Shown here: one piece after another, positions 1-6,425 of the stretch
Numbering within the stretch: position 1 is the stretch's first letter
How the letters are laid out: every line of letters starts with the position of its first letter
DNA from: a bacterium
GTDB taxonomy: Bacteria > RBG-13-61-14 > DATKZS01
Direction of reading: 5' to 3'
DNA length: 11,105 nucleotides
NCBI GenBank assembly: GCA_046484135.1
Contig: JAWOBU010000048.1
Span: 1-11,105, forward strand
Notes under the pieces: model-generated
Database searches by the model: none
Told to the model about the DNA's origin: nothing
The model's input: the letters and a program-made list of their open reading frames with translations, nothing else
Position numbers and translations under genes: made by a program

Positions 1-7
1 TACAAGA

Positions 8-508
8 ATGAGTAAATATCTTATACTTTATAGACATGGAATTGCAGAGGATAAAGAATCTGCTGAAGAGGATGATTTAAGAGCACTTTCTCCTCGAGGG
101 AAAGTTCTATTAAAGAAAAGTGTCGCGGGGTTCAAAACAATGATCGATAATTATGAAACTTTGAAAATTTATTCCAGCCCTACGGTTAGAGCAAAAGAAA
201 CGGCTGAAATGTTAGCGGAGGAATTAGATCTTGATGAACCAACTTACCTGGAGTTTCTTGCTACAGGTAGTGGTGTCAGTAGACTTAGAGAGCTTGTGGA
301 AGAAATTGAACCTGGTGAAGCTGCAATCGTGGTTGGGCAACAACCCTACCTTTCATTATGGAGTCAGGAAATTTCTGGTACTTTTCTTCGTTTCAAGAAG
401 GGAACCGCAGCCTGCTTTAAATTCCCTGATGAAGAATTAGGAGAAAGCAAGGTTGAACTAAGATGGTATTTGCAGACTCGTGACTTTGTAAAAATTAACG
501 ATAAATAA
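8..508 (+). CDS. sixA: SixA-like phosphohistidine phosphatase (histidine phosphatase superfamily); possibly 5'-incomplete
   Basis: N-terminal LILYRHGIAE (RHG catalytic motif), DDLRALSPRG, IYSSPTVRAKETAE and FKKGTAA, with a size typical of SixA. The frame is open to the window edge (aca aga atg), so an N-terminal extension cannot be excluded. Confidence 0.82.
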   Translation: MSKYLILYRHGIAEDKESAEEDDLRALSPRGKVLLKKSVAGFKTMIDNYETLKIYSSPTVRAKETAEMLAEELDLDEPTYLEFLATGSGVSRLRELVEEIEPGEAAIVVGQQPYLSLWSQEISGTFLRFKKGTAACFKFPDEELGESKVELRWYLQTRDFVKINDK

Positions 509-513
509 CAATT

Positions 514-559
514 AATAGAAACGATGAAATATAAACCTTTCATCGTTTCTATTTTTTTT
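514..559 (+). terminator. Rho-independent terminator after sixA
   Basis: Perfect 16-bp inverted repeat AATAGAAACGATGAAA (514-529) / TTTCATCGTTTCTATT (538-553) with an 8-nt loop, running into a T tract to 559. It starts 5 nt after the stop codon. Confidence 0.9.
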
Positions 560-593
560 GCATTCAGAAATTCCGGTCAAAATATGACTTGAA

Positions 594-626
594 AAAAAGC
601 AAAAAGAACCGTCCCTAATGCTTTTT
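594..626. repeat. Short REP-like hairpin with AGAACCGTCCC core
   Basis: AAAAAGCA (594-601) and TGCTTTTT (619-626) are inverted arms flanking AGAACCGTCCC (605-615). I recall this core as a dispersed extragenic palindrome in Firmicutes. Only one copy is present here. Confidence 0.35.
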
Positions 627-648
627 GCCCCGTAATACTTAATAAATT

Positions 649-692
649 CGTAACAGGATTGTAACCTACCAGTGTCATCCTCACTATATAAT
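649..692 (+). promoter_or_regulatory. Putative promoter of the phosphodiester glycosidase gene: WalR-box-like direct repeat plus TATAAT -10
   Basis: CGTAAC-aggat-TGTAAC (649-665) matches TGTWAH-N5-TGTWAH with one mismatch. TATAAT lies at 687-692 and the RBS AGGAGAGGAG at 711-720. Confidence 0.5.
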
Positions 693-726
693 AGAGCTAA
701 TGATGCATAAAGGAGAGGAGACATAA

Positions 727-1902
727 ATGAAGATTAAAAATATTATTGCTTTAGGCTTAATTTCAATATCATTAACGCTTTTAAACCCTGCCACAGAAGC
801 AACTGCAATGCCTACAACCATTCACGAAAAGATCCAGAGGACACCTGTCTCATCAGGGGTAGTTCATGAAAGAATCCAAAAATTCACCTTAGGCGGCTGG
901 TACAATATCAATGTACTGAGGATTAATTTAAACGATCAGTACACATCACTGGGTTCCTTGTACCATCGGGATGGACTTTCATCAAGAACTACTGTCAGAG
1001 GAATGGTTGAACAAAGAAATGCTGTTGCCGGTATTAATGGCGACTTCTACAATACAAACCCCATACCATCATCATTGGGAGTTCTTGTTGATAACGGAAG
1101 AGTATTGTCTTCACCAAATAATCTGCCAACATTCTTTACCACGCTTGACAACACGGCATATATTGATTACTTCAACAAGAACATGACAATTACAAATTAC
1201 AATACAGGTAATGTACTTAACATCGATACTGTCAATAAGCTTCATTCTGAATTTATTACCATTACTCTGCTGAATTCAGACTGGGGAACGAAATCCATTG
1301 GTGCAAGATTCAGAAATGATCTTCATGAGGTTCTTGTAGTCGATGGAATGGTAATGGAAAGAAGAACTGGCGGAGAAGCTTTTGACATCCCCAAATCCGC
1401 CAACTCATATGTTCTGTCTTCAAAAAGCTCAAATCTTCTCCTTTTCAATCCTGGAGATAGAGTCCAAACGGATATCAATATATCACCGGATATGGAGTCC
1501 ATAAGATTTGCCATCGGATCAGGAAGTATAGTCCTAAGGGATGGACAGGTAACAAATACCGATTTAAACATTTCGGGAAATCAACCAAGAACGGGTCTTG
1601 GTATATCCAGAGATCAAAAGGAAGTTATTATGGTAACTGTTGATGGACGCGACACCTACTTCAAGGGAACCACTCAGGAAACTCTGGGAAACCTGATGAT
1701 GGAACTTGGAGCTTATAACGGAGTTAACCTTGATGGTGGTGGTTCAACCGCTATGGCCATCAAACCCATCAATCAGGCCGTAGCTGAATTTGTCAATAAA
1801 CCTGCAGAACAAAGAAATGTAGTAAATGGAATCGGAGTATTCTCAACTGCGCCAACCGCGTGCCGGTCCATGCCTTCCCGGAGCTCGATGGCCCGCTCGT
1901 AG
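727..1902 (+). CDS. Secreted phosphodiester glycosidase (NAGPA/DUF2233) family protein, C-terminally truncated; native sequence ends at ~1857
   Basis: Strong RBS and a signal peptide (MKIKNIIALGLISISLTLLNPATEA). Family motifs AVAGINGDFY, PRTGLG, VTVDGR, NLDGGGSTAM and RNVVNGIGV are present. The last ~15 codons (ACRSMPSRSSMARS) are read from the GC-rich segment on its non-coding strand. Confidence 0.85.
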   Translation: MKIKNIIALGLISISLTLLNPATEATAMPTTIHEKIQRTPVSSGVVHERIQKFTLGGWYNINVLRINLNDQYTSLGSLYHRDGLSSRTTVRGMVEQRNAVAGINGDFYNTNPIPSSLGVLVDNGRVLSSPNNLPTFFTTLDNTAYIDYFNKNMTITNYNTGNVLNIDTVNKLHSEFITITLLNSDWGTKSIGARFRNDLHEVLVVDGMVMERRTGGEAFDIPKSANSYVLSSKSSNLLLFNPGDRVQTDINISPDMESIRFAIGSGSIVLRDGQVTNTDLNISGNQPRTGLGISRDQKEVIMVTVDGRDTYFKGTTQETLGNLMMELGAYNGVNLDGGGSTAMAIKPINQAVAEFVNKPAEQRNVVNGIGVFSTAPTACRSMPSRSSMARS

Positions 1903-2108
1903 TCGGAAAGCGCGGCCTGGTAACACTCGCCCGCAATGTAAGAGTCGGCCCGTTCCTGGTAGCTGTACCATTCCTCGCGGAAGTTGCCTTCCACCACGCC
2001 GTACTCCTTGCCGTCCTTTACGCACTCGGGCGCCGCCCGGGTGTGGGCAAAGGACGCGAGAACAAAAGCCGAAAAGATAATGGCCGCGATGAACCTTACT
2101 CTTAACAT
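1773..2108 (-). CDS. N-terminal fragment of a secreted TPR-containing protein; native part 2108 to ~1857, truncated
   Basis: ATG at 2108 is preceded by the RBS AAGGAGG. It has a Sec-type signal peptide (MLRVRFIAAIIFSAFVLASFAHTRA) and a TPR-like helix pair (WYSYQERADSYIAGECYQAALSDYERAIELR). After MDRHA the frame runs antisense into the AT-rich gene. Confidence 0.7.
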   Translation of the reverse strand: MLRVRFIAAIIFSAFVLASFAHTRAAPECVKDGKEYGVVEGNFREEWYSYQERADSYIAGECYQAALSDYERAIELREGMDRHAVGAVENTPIPFTTFLCSAGLLTNSATA

Positions 2109-2172
2109 GGGGCCTCCTTGGTCCGATCGTCTCGATGGGACCATTAATCTGCTATTATATACCGTCTCTCGC

Positions 2173-2206
2173 AAAAGTTGCCTTTGCCCGGCCGGACAAA
2201 GGCAAC
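2173..2206 (-). terminator. Probable intrinsic terminator after the cyclase-CHAT gene
   Basis: On the minus strand GTTGCCTTTGTCCG-GC-CGGGCAAAGGCAAC is followed by TTTT (hairpin 2177-2206), about 25 nt downstream of the stop at 2232. The U tract is short. Confidence 0.7.
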
Positions 2207-2231
2207 CAGAGGTGCCTTTAATGGTTCTCCT

Positions 2232-5200
2232 TTACTCTTTGACTTCTCTTACCTTCATGCCTTTTTTGAAGCCGGCGGGCTTTTCCAGGATCTCGGCCAT
2301 GGCCACGTCCGGTCCCACGTTGTTTATCTTGACCGACCCTATAGTCAGCAAGTCCTGGTCCAGGATTTCCATCTTCATGCCCTTTTCCACTCCCGCCTTG
2401 GAGCCGATGTTGAGCTTTACCGAGTTGTCCTTTACTTCCGTGATCTTTCCTTTAACGGGGTACTCCTCGCGGATTTTGTCCATGAGCTTGTTTGCGGTTG
2501 CTTCTGCGATTTCGGCAGGGGACTTATCCGCCTCGAACACGGGAGCGATGGAGACCTTGGCCCGGGTGGTCTCGGTTTCGACCAGCCTTACAATCACCTG
2601 GACCTGGCCGCCGGAGCGGATATACTTTCCGGTGGCTATAAAGGCCGCTCCCATGAGCCTTCCGAGCCTGGTCCTGGTTTCTTTACTGGCGAGCGCGCCG
2701 GAGGACAGGTTCAGCTCCTGGAGGACCTTGTCTATCATCTCTCTTTCCAGCACTTCTATTCTTTCCTTGTCCTGGAGCTTCTGGGTAAGTGCTACCCTTA
2801 TGAACTCGAACTCGCCTGCCATGGTCATCCTGCCGGTGGGCTCGAAGTCGAGCATGGTCAGGGTAAAGGGTCTCGAGGTCCACTCGTCGCCTGCGTTGGC
2901 GGGTTTGGGTATGTCCCCGGACTTGTACTTCTCGGCGAGCTCCCGCGCAAGCCGGTTTGTCTCGGCGCTCTTTTTGGCGTCCGCCTGCATCTCGATCATG
3001 CGGCTTACCTGGTGGAGCATCATCATGGCCACCTGGTTGTCGGGGTCCGCCTTTTTGGCCCGTGCAAAGGCCTTCTTGGCCTGGGCGGTCTTTCCCATGG
3101 ACAGGTAGCTCTGACCGAGATTTATAGCGGCCTGGGCGTTGTCGGGAGAAGCGTCCAGGGCCGCCTTGTAGGAGTCCGCCGCGGCCTTCTTGTCGCCTTT
3201 GTTGCTCATGGAGAGGCCTCGCCGGTTGTGGACCTTGCCGAGCATCTCGTAGGCCTCCTGTTTCTGCCAGTCCTTGCCGCTGGTGGCCTGGGTGGCGCTC
3301 TGGAAGTGCTCTGCCGCCTTCTGGTAGTTCTCGCGGTTATAGGCGATCTTTCCCAGGATGACGTGGGCGTAGGATGATTGCGGCTCGACCTTGAGCGCTT
3401 GTCCCGCGTAATCGCGGGCGTCAATCAGGTTATTGCCTGCCAGGGACACCGCGGCCAGCCCCTCGAGCGCCATGGCCTGTCCCGGCCCTTTGGACTTGGC
3501 TTGGGAGTCGAAGAACGCTTTGGCCTTGTCCGGCTTTCCCTGTTCCAGTAGGGCGTAGCCCTTGTCCAGGGAGTCTGAAGGAAGCTTGTCCCCGCTTCCT
3601 CCCAGGAAGTACCAGCCCGCCAAAAGGGCCACCACGATCACCGCGGCGATGACGCCAAGCACGGACTTGGACATCCCCTGCGAGCGGGGCATGGCCTGGC
3701 TGTCCGCCCCCCGGAGCACCGCTTGCCTGCCGGGTGCGGTAAGCGGCCGCGACTCGGCGTGGGCGGCGGGCGCATGAACTTCCTCGGTGTCTTCCGCTTC
3801 GGCGACTTCTGCGAGGTAGGAGTAGGTCGGGTCTCCGTAGAGCATGTAGGACGCCCACACAATGGTGTCTTCTCCGTACTTGTCTATAAGATGGAGGCGG
3901 GCCCGCCGCATGGACTCTCCCACCGTGTAACCGGCGACCATCTCCTGGTAGAAGGCCAGTGCGAAGTCTTTCCCGGGGTCGTCCAGTATGTCCCAGAAGG
4001 TCCCGATGTAATGCTGTACTCCTGATACCAGGAAGGCGTTGGCCAGGCCGAAGATGTCGTTTTCATACCCGGAGTCTATCTTCCACTCCTCGGTCTGGCC
4101 GGACTGGCATCCGTTTGCGAACACGAGCGCGGGCATGGGTTTTTTTCCGGTCATGGTGCGGACGTCGCTGGAGGACAGCTTCCCGTCGGCCAGAAGCCAG
4201 CCGCTGTTGCCCGGGTCATCCCGGTCGTAGTCGGCGTGTCCGGCGTAATGGACGAGGTCGTAGTTTCTTATCTTGCTCTTTACGTAGTTTACCTGGACCT
4301 CGCTGGTTTTCAGGTTCACGTTGATGGACTCGTGCTCGCGGTCGAGCTCGTCGCGGAGCTCAACCCCCTCGGTCTTGCTGGCCGGCAGGTCGGAGCGGGG
4401 GTCTGCGACCACCAGCATCCGAAGAGGCTTTGCTATGTGCCGGTCGGTGACCTCTGCCACCTTTTGGCGGGTGGACACGATCCTTCCCATGCCGAAGCGC
4501 TGGCAGAAGAACTGTTTGCCGTCGAACAGAAGCTCCCAGGGAATATGCACCAGGCGGTCGTCCATCCTGATGATCAAGTGCTCGGCCTGGGAGTGGATGA
4601 TCCTTTCCTTGGCCTCCTGGGTGAGCAGGTGGTCGAACAGTATCTGTCCGGCGGACTGGAGCTGGGTGAGGATTTCCTTGCTTACCTTGCCCCGCTTGTT
4701 GGACCGGTTCAGAAGGCTCACCACCTCTTCGCACTGGGTCCGGATGAGATCGTCGTCCAGCTTGACCACGTCGTACTGGCTGACGGTCTTCTCCTCTCCC
4801 CGCTGCCTCTCGAACACGCTGAGCTTCAGCTTGCCTTCCTCGCGGGAGGCCGCCATCTCCATCACCTTGCCGCGGGCGACCAGGCCGCGCTTGTCCGCAC
4901 TGCGGCGGGTGGCCGCCTTCTTGAACTCGCCCTCGGCGATGAGCTGTTCCTCGCTCCAGATCACCCGGTAGAGCTTGACCGGCTCAGCCTTGCCCTTGAC
5001 CGAGACCTCGCCGAAGAAGCGGACCAGGACCTCCTCTTCGGAGCGGACCTCCTTGTAGAGGCTCTCCGACACCAGGAGCTCGCCCGCGTCCGCCTGGGAC
5101 TCGACCCGGGCGGCCACGTTCACCGCGTCCCCGAACACGTCGTTCTCTTCCACCACCGCGGGCCCGTAGTTGAGCCCGATCCGGATCATGATGCGCAGGT

Positions 5201-5627
5201 GCTTCTGGTCCTGTTCCTTGTTGTAGTCGGTGAGTTTCTTTTGCATCTCCATACCGGCCTTGACCCCTTCGGCCGGGTCCTCGAAGGTCGCCATGATAGC
5301 GTCGCCAATGGTCTTTATGACCTTGCCGCCGTGTCCCTCGATGATGGGGAACAGCATGGCGTTGTGGCGCTGGACCATGGCCCGGCCTTCCACGTCCCCG
5401 AAGGTCTCGAAGTAGGAAGTTGACCCTTTGATGTCGGTGAACATCACGGTGGTGTTCTTCTGGAACTTGTCCTTTAGCATCTTGTCCAGGGAGGCCTTCT
5501 CCTCTTCCAGCTTGAGCCGGGCCTGGAGGATGGAGTCCACGGAAGTGGGGATCTCCTTTTCTCCGCTATCGCCGGAGTCGGCGGCCTCTTCTTTTTCCTT
5601 GTCCTTGTCGCGGTGCTCGTCCGTCAT
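2232..5627 (-). CDS. Membrane-anchored multidomain signalling protein: class III adenylate cyclase + CHAT (caspase-like) protease + TM helix + TPR repeats + CsgG/HfaB-like domain + FlgT C-terminal-like domain (1131 aa)
   Basis: The start was moved to ATG 5627, which has an RBS (GAAAGGAGAAGGG) and an ATGA overlap with the upstream stop. Cyclase motifs: VMFTDIKGST, IKTIGDAIMA, IRIGLNYG, NDVFGDAVNVAARVES, VKGK. CHAT motifs: IPWELL, LVHYAGHA, LVFANGCQSG, LANAFLVSG, IGTFWDI, WASYMLYGDP. The TM helix VLGVIAAVIVVALLAGWYFL lies at ~3601-3663, followed by Ala-rich TPR units. CsgG-like segment: IEVLEREMIDKVLQELNL...LGRLMGA...VIVRLVETET. C-terminal segment: VKLNIGSKAGVEKGMK. Confidence 0.9.
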   Translation of the reverse strand: MTDEHRDKDKEKEEAADSGDSGEKEIPTSVDSILQARLKLEEEKASLDKMLKDKFQKNTTVMFTDIKGSTSYFETFGDVEGRAMVQRHNAMLFPIIEGHGGKVIKTIGDAIMATFEDPAEGVKAGMEMQKKLTDYNKEQDQKHLRIMIRIGLNYGPAVVEENDVFGDAVNVAARVESQADAGELLVSESLYKEVRSEEEVLVRFFGEVSVKGKAEPVKLYRVIWSEEQLIAEGEFKKAATRRSADKRGLVARGKVMEMAASREEGKLKLSVFERQRGEEKTVSQYDVVKLDDDLIRTQCEEVVSLLNRSNKRGKVSKEILTQLQSAGQILFDHLLTQEAKERIIHSQAEHLIIRMDDRLVHIPWELLFDGKQFFCQRFGMGRIVSTRQKVAEVTDRHIAKPLRMLVVADPRSDLPASKTEGVELRDELDREHESINVNLKTSEVQVNYVKSKIRNYDLVHYAGHADYDRDDPGNSGWLLADGKLSSSDVRTMTGKKPMPALVFANGCQSGQTEEWKIDSGYENDIFGLANAFLVSGVQHYIGTFWDILDDPGKDFALAFYQEMVAGYTVGESMRRARLHLIDKYGEDTIVWASYMLYGDPTYSYLAEVAEAEDTEEVHAPAAHAESRPLTAPGRQAVLRGADSQAMPRSQGMSKSVLGVIAAVIVVALLAGWYFLGGSGDKLPSDSLDKGYALLEQGKPDKAKAFFDSQAKSKGPGQAMALEGLAAVSLAGNNLIDARDYAGQALKVEPQSSYAHVILGKIAYNRENYQKAAEHFQSATQATSGKDWQKQEAYEMLGKVHNRRGLSMSNKGDKKAAADSYKAALDASPDNAQAAINLGQSYLSMGKTAQAKKAFARAKKADPDNQVAMMMLHQVSRMIEMQADAKKSAETNRLARELAEKYKSGDIPKPANAGDEWTSRPFTLTMLDFEPTGRMTMAGEFEFIRVALTQKLQDKERIEVLEREMIDKVLQELNLSSGALASKETRTRLGRLMGAAFIATGKYIRSGGQVQVIVRLVETETTRAKVSIAPVFEADKSPAEIAEATANKLMDKIREEYPVKGKITEVKDNSVKLNIGSKAGVEKGMKMEILDQDLLTIGSVKINNVGPDVAMAEILEKPAGFKKGMKVREVKE

Positions 5628-6349
5628 TTCCCTTCTCCTTTCATCTCCAGGGCAATACAACAAAGAGGCTTGCCCGCCCCGGCTATCTCCAGTTGGTACC
5701 GGCCGTACCTCAAGTTTTCAAAGACCGCCTCTCCGCCCTCGAGCATGACGCTCTCCAGCTCCCGGTCTTCGTCATCTATCATATCACTTTTCCGGTACAA
5801 GGTTACCCGGACACCCCAGGGTGCCTTCTGCTCGGCGTCCGCAAGCCGAAGATGGATTTCCCCCCGGCCGGGCTTGATGGATTCCACGTCAACCTCTGCG
5901 GTGAAGTCGTCGAAATCCTTTTTAAAGGACACCAGGGTCTCGGAGAGTACCTGCCCGTTTTTCCGCACCTGGTCGTAGGCCGGGACCAGCCCCCCGGAGA
6001 CGCTCTCGCTCATGGAAAGCACCCGGGCGGCGTTTCCGGCGAACCCGACCACCACCTCCATGAGGCTTCTCCGGGCGGGGTCGAGCTTCCGGGCCGCCTC
6101 CAGGGCCCCGGCGGGAATCCGGGTGCTCTGTTCCTTTTCAGGCTCGGCCAGGATTTGACGCAGGGCTTGCACCGTCGGGAGGCACCTGCCGCAGCGGGCC
6201 AGGTGGCCGGTGATTTCCTCTGCCTTCTCTTGGGCAAGACTTCCTTCCACGTACGCGGCCAGGGTCTCTTCCGCGGGGCATTGTCCGCGGGGCCTGTTTT
6301 TAAGCTCGCGTTGCAATAGCCCGGTTATGTTGTGATCAAAAGGTTCCAT
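5624..6349 (-). CDS. Zinc-finger (zf-HC2/ZAS) anti-sigma factor-like protein, soluble, with a C-terminal beta-rich domain
   Basis: CPAEETLAAYVEGSL...HLARCGRC is the Cys...HxxxCxxC ZAS motif. The gene lies directly downstream of an ECF sigma gene and has no hydrophobic TM stretch. Confidence 0.85.
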   Translation of the reverse strand: MEPFDHNITGLLQRELKNRPRGQCPAEETLAAYVEGSLAQEKAEEITGHLARCGRCLPTVQALRQILAEPEKEQSTRIPAGALEAARKLDPARRSLMEVVVGFAGNAARVLSMSESVSGGLVPAYDQVRKNGQVLSETLVSFKKDFDDFTAEVDVESIKPGRGEIHLRLADAEQKAPWGVRVTLYRKSDMIDDEDRELESVMLEGGEAVFENLRYGRYQLEIAGAGKPLCCIALEMKGEGK

Positions 6350-6398
6350 TGGTTTTTCCCGGATACGTGGACTTGACTCCCCTGCGTTTCATTAAGAA

Positions 6399-6425
6399 TA
6401 GACGCAAAAGGACTTATTTTCTTCC
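6399..6425 (-). promoter_or_regulatory. Putative ECF-sigma promoter upstream of the anti-sigma/cyclase-CHAT genes
   Basis: The minus strand reads GGAAG (6425-6421), N16, CGTCTA (6404-6399), resembling the generic ECF consensus GGAAC-N16-CGTC. The -35 overlaps the last codons of the sigma gene. Confidence 0.5.

Noticed and set aside
512..724. 70-aa minus-strand ORF in the left intergenic region
   Set aside because: It spans a terminator and the promoter of the next gene, has no RBS or motif, and is probably spurious.
1850..1865. Mobile-element insertion boundary
   Set aside because: There are no inverted repeats, target duplication, integrase or transposase, and both flanking genes are cut mid-frame. 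This fits a chimeric join better.
2140..2185. Second ECF promoter upstream of the secreted TPR gene
   Set aside because: GGCAAC is present but no CGTC-like -10 lies at 16-17 nt spacing. Only an isolated TATAAT is seen.
1984..5423. Long plus-strand ORFs (1984-3108, 2178-3377, 4236-5423, 4321-4971)
   Set aside because: They are antisense shadows of the well-supported minus-strand gene, have no recognisable motifs, and are expected in GC-rich coding DNA.
5628..5663. Earlier start for the cyclase-CHAT gene
   Set aside because: It lies inside the anti-sigma gene. ATG 5627 has an RBS and a stop/start overlap.
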